A stretch of 50,028 nt of DNA, taken from NCBI GenBank assembly GCA_946615875.1, contig CAMOIK010000001.1, forward strand, positions 1 through 50,028, given 5' to 3'. A program made the position numbers and the translations under genes. Below the pieces are notes generated by a model that was given only the letters and a program-made list of their open reading frames with translations, was not told the DNA's origin and did no database searches. Origin of the DNA: an uncultured Verrucomicrobiota bacterium (lineage in GTDB: Bacteria; Verrucomicrobiota; Kiritimatiellia; RFP12; UBA1067). This document shows positions 9,258 through 17,353 of the stretch, piece after piece (within the stretch, counting starts at the first letter, position 1; every line of letters begins with the position of its first letter).

Positions 9258-10460
9258 CTACTGGAGGCGGCCGGTGTATTCTTCCACGCCGGAGACGCCC
9301 GTGCCGTCGAAATACTCCTTCGCCCGGCGCTTGCGCAGTTCGTCCCACGGACGGGGATTGCCGTTGAGCTGCACCACCCACAGTTTCAGCTGCTTCTTGT
9401 GCCAGTTCACTTCGCAGTTCGAGCCCCATGCGCCGCCATGCCCGAACCAGGCGTCTTCGCTGTCCGTCTTCGGCGCGTTGAAACCGAGCGAGTAGCCGCC
9501 CATTTCCTTCGGGCGCGTGGAGACCGCCAGTATGCTCTTGACCGTCTCCTCCTTGAGGATGCGCGCGCCGTTGTCGCCCTTGCCGAGGTTCATCAGCATC
9601 CTGTAGAACTTCAGCTGGTCGCGCGCGGTCGTCCACAGTCCCGCCCCTGCCGAGGCGAACACGAAGCGGTCGTTGTATGGGCGCTGCATGCTGGGGTTGT
9701 CGGTCAGGAACTCCGCGGGCTTGCCCTCTCTGCATTTGTATAGCTCGATGTGGCCGGCGAGCTGCTCGTCGCTCGGCCAGAACGTGGTGGAGTCCATGCC
9801 CAGCGGATCGAGGACGCGCTTCTTGAGGAAGTCTTCCCAGCGCATTCCGGTCACGATCTCTACCACGGCAGCGCCGATGTCTATGCCAGTGTTGGAGTAT
9901 TTCGTGCTGGTGCCTGGCTCGAAGAGCAGGGGCTGCGCGGCCGCGGTCGCGGCGACGCTGCGCAGCGGCATCTTGCGCGACCATCCGCCCGCCAGGCGGA
10001 AGTTCGGCAGCTCGAAGGGGAAGCCCGCCGTGTGGTTCATGACCATGCGCACGGTGATTGGAGTCTTCGCCTTCACGAGCGTCCGGGTTCCGTTCGTCTC
10101 CCCGCCGAGCACCCACATCTCCTCGAACTCGGGCAGGTATTTGGATACGGGATCGTCGAGGGATATCTTACCCTCTTCGACAAGTATCGCCACCGTGACG
10201 CCGCAGAAGCCCTTGGTCTGCGAGCACTGCATGAACGCGGAGTCGAGCGTGATCGGCCGCTTGGCCGCCACGTCCGCCCATCCGACGCACGTCACTTCTT
10301 CGGAGACGCCGTCGCGCTGGAACACGCTGATCGCGCCGGGCAGCTCGCCGCTCGCGATGAACGGGGCCAGCATGTCCTCCGTTGGGTTCGCGGGGCCGGT
10401 CGCCGCCGCGAGCGCGAACGCCGCCGCGATGCCTGCCCTCAGGATGTTTCTCGTCTTCAT
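9258..10460 (-). CDS. secreted serine hydrolase, beta-lactamase (class C-related)/PBP family
   Basis: It has an SxxK motif (CSQTKGF), the signal peptide MKTRNILRAGIAAAFALAAA, and ATG at 10460 preceded by GGAAGGAAG. Confidence 0.8.
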   Translation of the reverse strand: MKTRNILRAGIAAAFALAAATGPANPTEDMLAPFIASGELPGAISVFQRDGVSEEVTCVGWADVAAKRPITLDSAFMQCSQTKGFCGVTVAILVEEGKISLDDPVSKYLPEFEEMWVLGGETNGTRTLVKAKTPITVRMVMNHTAGFPFELPNFRLAGGWSRKMPLRSVAATAAAQPLLFEPGTSTKYSNTGIDIGAAVVEIVTGMRWEDFLKKRVLDPLGMDSTTFWPSDEQLAGHIELYKCREGKPAEFLTDNPSMQRPYNDRFVFASAGAGLWTTARDQLKFYRMLMNLGKGDNGARILKEETVKSILAVSTRPKEMGGYSLGFNAPKTDSEDAWFGHGGAWGSNCEVNWHKKQLKLWVVQLNGNPRPWDELRKRRAKEYFDGTGVSGVEEYTGRLQ

Positions 10461-10533
10461 TGCCGTCTTCCTTCCTTTCTTGGGTGTGGATGTTTTCGTT
10501 TGGTTGTGCAATGCGGCGCGCATGGCGCGGACG

Positions 10534-10986
10534 TCACCCCAGCTCGATGCCAAGTTCCTTCAGCGGCCCGGTGACGAATGCGCGCGAACGAAAGCGCGGG
10601 TGCGGCAGGACAAGGCTGGGCGTGTCGATCCTCATGCCGCCGAAATCGATCAAGTCTAGGTCGATCGTGCGCGGCCCGTTGCGGACGCCGCGCACCCGCC
10701 CCAGGGCGTCTTCGATGCCGTGCATCAGCCGCGAGAATTCTTCCGCCGCGAGCGCCGTCTCCAGCACGGCGACCTGGTTGAGGAACTTCAGCGACGCGAA
10801 CTCCTCGGGCACGCCGACGCCTTCCGTCTCGATTACGGCGCTCTTCGCCGAGAGGCGCGTGCGCGGCAGCGCGGCCAGCGCCTCCAGCGCCCTCGAAAGG
10901 TAGAGGCGGCGGGGCTCGATGTTCGACCCTAGCGACACGATTGCGCGCGTCAGCCCTCTTTCGCTGCCTTGTATGCCTGCCTGCAT
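10534..10986 (-). CDS. folK: 2-amino-4-hydroxy-6-hydroxymethyldihydropteridine pyrophosphokinase
   Basis: The motifs are AIVSLGSNI, GPRTIDLDLI and LVLPHPR. ATG at 10986 is the first codon after the promoter box. Confidence 0.85.
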   Translation of the reverse strand: MQAGIQGSERGLTRAIVSLGSNIEPRRLYLSRALEALAALPRTRLSAKSAVIETEGVGVPEEFASLKFLNQVAVLETALAAEEFSRLMHGIEDALGRVRGVRNGPRTIDLDLIDFGGMRIDTPSLVLPHPRFRSRAFVTGPLKELGIELG

Positions 10987-10990
10987 ACTG

Positions 10991-11010
10991 CTATTATACC
11001 ATATTTTCCG
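10991..11010 (-). promoter_or_regulatory. extended -10 promoter box CGGAAAATATGGTATAATAG (TATAAT at 10998-10993), folK
   Basis: This is an exact TATGGTATAAT copy on the minus strand. The folK ATG at 10986 is 6 nt after the hexamer. Confidence 0.7.
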
Positions 11011-11037
11011 CGTGGCGGCGCGCACCGCGCACCGGAT

Positions 11038-11080
11038 GTGTTGAAATTGTTCAACGCACTTTCAACGCATTTTCAACGCA
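11038..11080. repeat. three direct TTCAACGCA repeats at 11-bp spacing, preceded by the inverted half-site GTGTTGAA
   Basis: The copies are at 11050-11058, 11061-11069 and 11072-11080, and the inverted GTGTTGAA is at 11038-11045. They lie between the divergent folK and yraN promoters, and the last copy overlaps the -35 position of the yraN promoter. Confidence 0.75.
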
Positions 11081-11092
11081 CGGCTTCCGTCC

Positions 11093-11108
11093 GATATGGG
11101 ATAATGTG
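11093..11108 (+). promoter_or_regulatory. variant promoter box GATATGGGATAATGTG (GATAAT at 11100-11105), yraN
   Basis: It has the same architecture as the main box (ATATGG-N-ATAAT) and lies 38 nt upstream of the yraN ATG. Confidence 0.45.
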
Positions 11109-11142
11109 CGGCGTCGGCAGAAGAAAAGAAAGGAAGGGAAGC

Positions 11143-11580
11143 ATGGATCGTGGAAGACTCGGCGGCGCGGGCGAAAGCGCCGCGCACGGAGAATGGGGCG
11201 AACGCGTGGCGGCGGAGCGCCTGCGCATGGAAGGGCTGGAGATAATCGAACGGAACTCCCGTCCGCTCGCTCGCGACAGGCGCCTGGAGATCGACATCGT
11301 CGCCTACGACCCTCGCACCGACACCATGGTGTTCGTAGAGGTGAAGCAGCATTCCGCGCACCTGCCGCTCGAAAGGCGCATTCGCGGCGTGGACGAGCGC
11401 AAGCGGCGCAATCTGCGCATCGCCTGCGCCGCGTGGCGCCGCGCAAACCGCTGGGAGGGGGATTGCCGTTTCGACGTGGTCGAGGTCTTCGGCACGCCGC
11501 GCTCGCGCCGCCCGGAGATAGACCATGTGCAGTGCGTGCGCCTGCATTCGCCGTCGCTCGACGCGGTGCGCTGGGTCTGA
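11143..11580 (+). CDS. yraN: YraN family (UPF0102) endonuclease-like protein
   Basis: GEWGERVAAERLRMEGLEIIERN, EIDIVA and VFVEVK are the typical YraN/restriction-endonuclease-like core. ATG at 11143 follows AGGAAGGGA. Confidence 0.8.
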   Translation: MDRGRLGGAGESAAHGEWGERVAAERLRMEGLEIIERNSRPLARDRRLEIDIVAYDPRTDTMVFVEVKQHSAHLPLERRIRGVDERKRRNLRIACAAWRRANRWEGDCRFDVVEVFGTPRSRRPEIDHVQCVRLHSPSLDAVRWV

Positions 11581-11626
11581 CCGCCGCTGACGGAAAAATG
11601 CACAAGGGCACTTGCGCACTGCGCAC

Positions 11627-11644
11627 GGAATATGGTATAATACG
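11627..11644 (+). promoter_or_regulatory. extended -10 promoter box GGAATATGGTATAATACG (TATAAT at 11636-11641), pheA operon leader
   Basis: This is an exact TATGGTATAAT copy, 200 nt upstream of pheA. Confidence 0.65.
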
Positions 11645-11665
11645 CGCCGCTGACGAGAACTAGAG

Positions 11666-11746
11666 ATGACAACGACGCTTGACAACCTGTTTTTCGGCCT
11701 CGGGCTTTTCGGGCTTGCGCTCTTTACGGTGCGCGGGGCGCGTTGA
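11666..11746 (+). CDS. candidate leader peptide MTTTLDNLFFGLGLFGLALFTVRGAR (26 aa)
   Basis: This ATG..TGA mini-ORF starts about 18 nt downstream of the predicted TSS. It has 6 Leu and 4 Phe among 26 codons and lies ahead of a Phe/Leu biosynthesis operon. Its SD is weak. It could equally be a chance ORF or a small membrane peptide. Confidence 0.35.
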   Translation: MTTTLDNLFFGLGLFGLALFTVRGAR

Positions 11747-11788
11747 TCCTCTTTCTGACTGAAGCAGTCTTCACTCAAAGCAGAAATC

Positions 11789-11824
11789 AAGCCCCCGCCC
11801 ATCAAAGGCGAGGGCTTTGAGTTG
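11789..11824 (+). terminator. candidate attenuator/terminator hairpin in the pheA leader
   Basis: AAGCCCCCGCC (11789-11799) pairs with GGCGAGGGCTT (11807-11817) with one mismatch across a 7-nt loop. It is followed by TGAGTTG, a poor U-tract. Confidence 0.3.
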
Positions 11825-11836
11825 CAAGGAAAAACA

Positions 11837-13018
11837 ATGAACGCGACAGACACAGATAACGAAGCGGCGCCGGTCCAGGGACTGGCGGACATACGGCGGG
11901 AGATAGACGAGATCGACGACCAGATGGTCAATCTCTTCACGAGGCGGCTGGAGATAGTCGAGCGCGTGGCGGCGTCCAAGAAGGCGAGCGGCAGCCCGGT
12001 GTTCGACCCTGCGAGGGAACGCTCTATACTGTCCCACGTCGTGGAGCGGGTGGCGCCGGAATACGAGAACGGAGCGCGGCTGCTGTTCTCCACGCTGTTC
12101 GGAATCTCCCGCGCCAGGCAGAGGGCGGTGCTGCACGGCGAGCCGGAGCTGGTCCGGGCGATAAAGGCGGCGATGGCTTCCACGCCGGAGAAGTTCCCGA
12201 CCCGCGCGGTCGTGGCCTGCCCAGGCATCGAAGGAAGCTACGCGCAGCAGGCCGCCAGCCTTCTCTTCCCGCTGCCCACGATCATGTTCTTCCGCGGCTT
12301 CGACAAGGTGTTCGACGCCGTGGAGCAGGGGCTTTGCCCCTACGGCGTGCTGCCCATCGAGAACTCTGCGGCCGGCAGCGTGGCGGCGGTCTATGACCAG
12401 ATGGATACGCATCGCTTCCATATCGTCAAGGCCCTGCGCCTCAAAGTCAATCACGTGCTGCTCGGCGCGAGGGGCGCGAAGATCGATGCGCTGAAGGAGA
12501 TCGCCAGCCATCCGCACGCACTTGCGCAGTGCGGCGCATTCCTGAAGCGCCATCCGTCGGTCAAGGCCGTGCCGGCTTCCAATACCGCGGTGGCCGCGAA
12601 GGAACTGGCGGCGTCCGGGCGCACGGACCGCGCCGTGATCGCCTCCCGCGCGTGCGCTGAGCTGTACGGCCTGGAGGTGCTGTCCGACGGCATCGCCGAC
12701 GCCGCCTACAACTACACTCGCTTCATATGCATCGCGAAGAAGCCGGAGATATACCCCGATGCGCGCAAGTTCTCGGTCATGATGTCGCTCGCGCACCAGC
12801 CGGGGACGCTCAACGGCATCATATCGCGCTTCGCCTCGATCGGCGTGAACCTGACCAAGCTGGAGTCCCGACCCATACCTGGCATGGACTTTGAGTTCCG
12901 CTTCACGTTCGACTTCGAGGCGTCGCCGCGCGACGAGGCGGTGCTGCGCCTCCTCGCGGAGCTTGCCGACGACCCGCAGATAGAGCACTTCACGTTCCTG
13001 GGGGCCTACAACGAATAG
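11837..13018 (+). CDS. pheA: bifunctional chorismate mutase / prephenate dehydratase (P-protein)
   Basis: The N-terminal chorismate mutase helix is LADIRREIDEIDDQMVNLFTRRLEI. The dehydratase/ACT motifs are NYTRFICI and LTKLESRP. ATG at 11837 follows AAGGAAAAA. Confidence 0.9.
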   Translation: MNATDTDNEAAPVQGLADIRREIDEIDDQMVNLFTRRLEIVERVAASKKASGSPVFDPARERSILSHVVERVAPEYENGARLLFSTLFGISRARQRAVLHGEPELVRAIKAAMASTPEKFPTRAVVACPGIEGSYAQQAASLLFPLPTIMFFRGFDKVFDAVEQGLCPYGVLPIENSAAGSVAAVYDQMDTHRFHIVKALRLKVNHVLLGARGAKIDALKEIASHPHALAQCGAFLKRHPSVKAVPASNTAVAAKELAASGRTDRAVIASRACAELYGLEVLSDGIADAAYNYTRFICIAKKPEIYPDARKFSVMMSLAHQPGTLNGIISRFASIGVNLTKLESRPIPGMDFEFRFTFDFEASPRDEAVLRLLAELADDPQIEHFTFLGAYNE

Positions 13019-13057
13019 CGCGGACGCGCCGCGCAGGTGCGGCGCAAGGAGGAAAAC

Positions 13058-14578
13058 ATGGACAAGGTGACTATATTCGACACGACCCTGCGCGACGGCG
13101 AGCAGGCTCCCGGATATTCGATGAACGCCGACGAGAAGGTTCGCATGGCCCTGCAACTGGAGGCGCTGGGCGTCGATGTGATGGAGGCGGGCTTCGCAGT
13201 GGCCAGCCCAGGCGATTTCGCTGGGGTGGAAGCGATTTCCGCCGCGGTGACCCGCCCGGTGGTCGCCTGTCTCGCGCGAGCCCTGCCCAAGGACATCGAC
13301 GCGGCGGCCTCGGCCCTGCGCCGCGCGCGCCGCGCCCGCATCCATACGTTCATAGCGACGAGCGACCTGCATCTCAAGTGCAAGCTCAGGATTTCCCGCG
13401 CCGACTGCCTTTCCCGCGTCAAGGCGATGGTGGCCTACGCCAGGAGCAAGTGCCCCGACGTCGAGTTCTCGGCGGAGGACGCCTCTCGCACCGACATGGA
13501 TTTCCTGTGCAAGGTGATGGAGACCGCCATCGCCGCCGGAGCCACCACGGTGAACGTGCCCGACACCGTGGGCTACTCCACGCCGGAGGAGTTCGGCGCG
13601 ATGATCGCCGAGCTCGTCGGCCGGGTGCCGAACATCGGCGACGCCACGATTTCCACGCACTGTCACGACGATCTCGGCCTCGCCGTGGCCAACACCCTCG
13701 CCGGCATTCGCGCCGGCGCCCGCCAGGCGGAGTGCACGATCGGCGGCATCGGCGAGCGCGCGGGGAACGCCGCTCTCGAGGAGGTCGTGATGGGGTTGCG
13801 CACGCGACACGACCACTACGGCGACATCGCGACCGGCATACGCACTGACGAAATCGCCCACACCGCCGCAATGCTCGCCAACATAACGGGCATAAAGATC
13901 GCGCCAAACAAGGCGATCGTCGGCGCGAACGCCTTCGCCCACGAGTCGGGCATACACCAGCACGGCGTGCTGGCCAACGCCAGGACGTACGAGATAATGA
14001 CACCGGAGTCCGTCGGCGTGAAGAAGACCGAGCTCGTGCTCGGCCGCCACTCCGGCCGCCACGCCTTCGCCGAGCGCTTGGCGCAGATAGGCTATCCGTC
14101 GCTGGCCGAGGAGCGCATAGACGCGCTGTTCGCTGAGTTCAAGGCGCTGGCGGACAGCAAGAAGACCATAGACGAGCGCGATCTGGTGGCGCTGGTCGAG
14201 GCCGGATACGGCGTGAAGACAGACCCCGACAAGGTCTGGAAGCTGGATTCGTTCGTCGTCAATTCAGGTGACCACATGAGCGCGACGGCGCAAGTCACGC
14301 TGGTGCGCGGCGGCAAGAAGCGCCAGGAGGCGGCGCTTGGCACAGGCCCGGTCTATGCGGCGTTCGCCGCGATCGAGCGCGTCGTCCGCCGCAAGTTCAC
14401 GCTTGAGGACTACCAGATACGCGCCGTCACCGAGCGCAGGGACGCCCTGGGGGAGGTCCTTGTCAAGATCACCGACAAGAAGACGGGCGGCGTGTTCAGG
14501 GGCCGCGGCGTCTCCACCGACATCATCAAGGGCAGCATACTTGCGCTTCTTGGAGCCTTGAACAAGATCGAGGCGTGA
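13058..14578 (+). CDS. leuA: 2-isopropylmalate synthase (a citramalate synthase cannot be excluded)
   Basis: It has [30 protein letters not shown] and a C-terminal LeuA-type regulatory domain. ATG at 13058 follows AAGGAGG. Confidence 0.85.
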   Translation: MDKVTIFDTTLRDGEQAPGYSMNADEKVRMALQLEALGVDVMEAGFAVASPGDFAGVEAISAAVTRPVVACLARALPKDIDAAASALRRARRARIHTFIATSDLHLKCKLRISRADCLSRVKAMVAYARSKCPDVEFSAEDASRTDMDFLCKVMETAIAAGATTVNVPDTVGYSTPEEFGAMIAELVGRVPNIGDATISTHCHDDLGLAVANTLAGIRAGARQAECTIGGIGERAGNAALEEVVMGLRTRHDHYGDIATGIRTDEIAHTAAMLANITGIKIAPNKAIVGANAFAHESGIHQHGVLANARTYEIMTPESVGVKKTELVLGRHSGRHAFAERLAQIGYPSLAEERIDALFAEFKALADSKKTIDERDLVALVEAGYGVKTDPDKVWKLDSFVVNSGDHMSATAQVTLVRGGKKRQEAALGTGPVYAAFAAIERVVRRKFTLEDYQIRAVTERRDALGEVLVKITDKKTGGVFRGRGVSTDIIKGSILALLGALNKIEA

Positions 14579-14604
14579 CGGACGCGAGATAGAGGGCAGA
14601 AACC

Positions 14605-15858
14605 ATGATGACAATGAGCCAAAAGATCCTGGCCGCCCACTGCGGCAGGAAGGAAGTCCGCGCCGGCGAACTGGTGATGGCGAGCCTGGATCTCGTGCTG
14701 GGCAACGACATCACCGCGCCGGTGGCGATACGCGAGTTCGGGAAGTTCGGGCGCTCCGGCGTGTTCGACAAGGGCAAGGTGGCGCTCGTCCCTGACCATT
14801 TCGCGCCCAACAAGGACATAAAAGCCGCGACGCAGTGCGCGGCCATGCGCGCCTTCGCCCGCGAGCAGGGCGTCGCCAACTACTTCGAGGTAGGTCACGA
14901 CTGCGGCGTCGAGCACGCCCTCCTGCCGGAGAAGGGGCTCGTGACGGCGGGAGACCTCGTGATCGGCGCAGATTCGCACACCTGCACTTATGGCGCTCTG
15001 GGAGTCTTCTCCACCGGCATAGGCTCCACCGACATGGCGTGCGGCATGGCTATGGGGAAGACGTGGTTCCGCGTCCCGGACGCCATCAAGGTCGTCCTGT
15101 CCGGCCGGCCCAGGCGCCATGTGGGAGGCAAAGATCTCGTCCTCCACCTGATTGGCTCCATCGGCGTGGACGGCGCGCGCTACATGAGCCTGGAGTTCAC
15201 AGGTTCCGGCGTGGCCGCGCTCACGATGGACGACCGCTTCACCGTGGCCAACATGGCCATCGAGGCGGGCGCGAAGAACGGCATATTCCCGGTGGACGAC
15301 GCCACGCGCCGTTTTCTGGCGGAGGCTGGAGCCAAGCCGCCGGTCGTGTTCGAGGCCGACCCCGACGCCAGCTACGCCCGCACCATGGAGATCGACCTGT
15401 CCTCGCTCGAGCCGACGGTCGCGTTCCCGCATCTGCCGTCGAACGTCCGGACGGTGGCGCAGGCGCTCGGCGTGGAAATCGACCAGGTGTTCATCGGCTC
15501 GTGCACCAACGGGCGCATTGGAGACCTGCGCATCGCGGCGGAGGTGCTGCGCGGCCGCAAGGTGCATCCACGGGTCCGCTGCATCGTGATCCCCGCCACC
15601 CAGAAGGTGTGGCTGCAGGCTCTCGACGAAGGTCTGCTGCGCGTATTCGCGGAGGCGGGATGCGTGGTTTCCACGCCGACGTGCGGGCCGTGCCTCGGCG
15701 GGCACATGGGAATACTGGCGGACGGCGAACGATGCGTCTCGACGTCAAACCGGAATTTCGTGGGGCGCATGGGCCACCCCGGCTCGGAGGTCTATCTCGC
15801 CTCTCCGGCGGTCGCCGCTTCGTCCGCCGTGGCTGGCAGGATATGCCTCTTGGACTGA
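14605..15858 (+). CDS. leuC: 3-isopropylmalate dehydratase large subunit (short, 417-aa type)
   Basis: It is aconitase-family ([37 protein letters not shown]). No leuD follows it in this window. Confidence 0.85.
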   Translation: MMTMSQKILAAHCGRKEVRAGELVMASLDLVLGNDITAPVAIREFGKFGRSGVFDKGKVALVPDHFAPNKDIKAATQCAAMRAFAREQGVANYFEVGHDCGVEHALLPEKGLVTAGDLVIGADSHTCTYGALGVFSTGIGSTDMACGMAMGKTWFRVPDAIKVVLSGRPRRHVGGKDLVLHLIGSIGVDGARYMSLEFTGSGVAALTMDDRFTVANMAIEAGAKNGIFPVDDATRRFLAEAGAKPPVVFEADPDASYARTMEIDLSSLEPTVAFPHLPSNVRTVAQALGVEIDQVFIGSCTNGRIGDLRIAAEVLRGRKVHPRVRCIVIPATQKVWLQALDEGLLRVFAEAGCVVSTPTCGPCLGGHMGILADGERCVSTSNRNFVGRMGHPGSEVYLASPAVAASSAVAGRICLLD

Positions 15859-15886
15859 CTGGTTGCGCCGCCCTGGCGCGTGGCGC

Positions 15887-16510
15887 CTACTGCATAGCCC
15901 ACATCACTATGCTCATCGCGAAGCCGACGAGCGCGCCTATCACCCCGCCCCACAGCGTCACGCCGCGGAGTTCGCGGTTCGCCACTTCGCGCGTGAGCAC
16001 CTCCAGCTTGCGTTCGTCGTAGCCCATTATCGTCTCATAGACGATGTTCCAGACGTCCGTTTCTTCTATCATTGCGGGCAGGTTCTCCGCCAGGTAGGCG
16101 GTCATCTGCCCGGCGGCGGCCCGCGCCACGGTCGCGCGCAGGTCGTCGTCGAACAGCCCCGCGACTTCGGCCAGCGCCTTCGCTTCGTCCTTGACCAGGC
16201 CCGGCAGGACGCGGTCGAGGCGCTCGCTGACGCGCGAGATGGCGGTGCAGACCTTGCCGCCGCACTCGTCTATCTTCTGGCGGATGTTTCGCTCGATGAC
16301 CGCCCTCACGTCTGGGGCGCAGACCTTCGCCGCAATCTTTTCGGACGTCATCAGCTCAGTGCGGATGAGGTTCTTCGTGTTTGCGGCGATGAGTTCCTTC
16401 TTCTTGGTGAAGAGGGTGTTGAACACCCATCGGATCGCGAGCTCGTTGGTGCCCGCGCCGATGGCGAAGCCAACCGCCCCCTGGACGGCCATCTGCGCGA
16501 GAAGCGTCAT
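15887..16510 (-). CDS. DUF445-family membrane protein
   Basis: It has the N-terminal GAGTNELAIRWVF signature and a C-terminal hydrophobic helix WGGVIGALVGFAMSIVMW. ATG at 16510 overlaps the vapC stop (ATGA). Confidence 0.7.
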   Translation of the reverse strand: MTLLAQMAVQGAVGFAIGAGTNELAIRWVFNTLFTKKKELIAANTKNLIRTELMTSEKIAAKVCAPDVRAVIERNIRQKIDECGGKVCTAISRVSERLDRVLPGLVKDEAKALAEVAGLFDDDLRATVARAAAGQMTAYLAENLPAMIEETDVWNIVYETIMGYDERKLEVLTREVANRELRGVTLWGGVIGALVGFAMSIVMWAMQ

Positions 16511-16953
16511 TTCGCGGGCTTCTCCTCCTGCTCCGCCTCGGCGTCCGCCTCGGCTATGCCGAGCGCCTTTGCGGCCTGCACGAGGCCGGCGTCGTCGCTG
16601 GCAAGGGCGCACTTGACGCCGTGGACGGCCTCCAGCTCCTGGATGGTGGCCAAGTGGATGGCCTGCAGGGTGCCGACCGTCACCTGGCTCGCTTCGGAGG
16701 CGCGCTTCAGCACGGCGTCGGTCACGGGGACCTGCGTGACGGCGTTGCACACCGTCTCGATCCACGTGCCGAGGCGGGCGCGTCCGGCGTCGTCGATCAT
16801 TCCTTCGAGTCGCAGGCGGTTCGCGGCGCGGCAGCACTCCACCCGCATCAGCGTGGAGGCGTAGGCCTTTTCCCATTTGCCCCAGAATTCAGCGGGACGC
16901 CCTACGCCCAGCAAGCGCCGGATCACGAACGAGGAATCGAGATAGACTATCAT
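16507..16953 (-). CDS. vapC: PIN-domain protein (VapC-like toxin) with an acidic C-terminal tail
   Basis: It has the PIN start MIVYLDSS and the C-terminal LASDD. The usual D in the D-A-x-H-L-A motif reads Q (TLQAIHLA). It overlaps the upstream antitoxin gene by 4 nt. Confidence 0.75.
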   Translation of the reverse strand: MIVYLDSSFVIRRLLGVGRPAEFWGKWEKAYASTLMRVECCRAANRLRLEGMIDDAGRARLGTWIETVCNAVTQVPVTDAVLKRASEASQVTVGTLQAIHLATIQELEAVHGVKCALASDDAGLVQAAKALGIAEADAEAEQEEKPAK

Positions 16954-17201
16954 CGCGCACTCCTTTCTTTCGCAATCTCGGCGAGAGGGTCGTGTTTGAA
17001 GCCGAAGCCGCCGATGTCCGCCACTGCGGACGCCGGAACGGTCGGTTCGCGAAGAGGAAGACGGCTGTCTCCGTCTTCGCCTAGCAGCCGCGCAACGATG
17101 CGCTTATGGCTTGTGATCAGCACGTTTCGTCCTTGGCTGGCCAGTCCAAGGTAGTGGCTGAGCTGCTGTTTAAGCGTGGCCGTGTTTACTGTTATGGTCA
17201 T
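16950..17201 (-). CDS. Phd/YefM-type antitoxin
   Basis: MTITVNTATLKQQLSHYLGLASQGRNVLITSHKRIVARLLG matches the prevent-host-death antitoxin N-terminal pattern. It is 83 aa and lies directly upstream of the PIN gene. Confidence 0.7.
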   Translation of the reverse strand: MTITVNTATLKQQLSHYLGLASQGRNVLITSHKRIVARLLGEDGDSRLPLREPTVPASAVADIGGFGFKHDPLAEIAKERSAR

Positions 17202-17206
17202 AGCGG

Positions 17207-17228
17207 CACATATATTACCATATTGTGG
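17207..17228 (-). promoter_or_regulatory. variant promoter box CCACAATATGGTAATATATGTG (TAATAT at 17217-17212), antitoxin operon
   Basis: It has an ATATGGTA core with TG-G-TAATAT. The ATG at 17201 is 10 nt after the hexamer. Confidence 0.5.
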
Positions 17229-17353
17229 ACATGGTGTCAATGGCGGGGAATGTGCATTTCCCTCCATGTTTGGCCTAATATGTCCTATTGACGTCCATAT
17301 GTGGATATGCTTTCCCGTCGGTCCTCGCCCGTCGATCGGTCGGTCTGGCCGCG

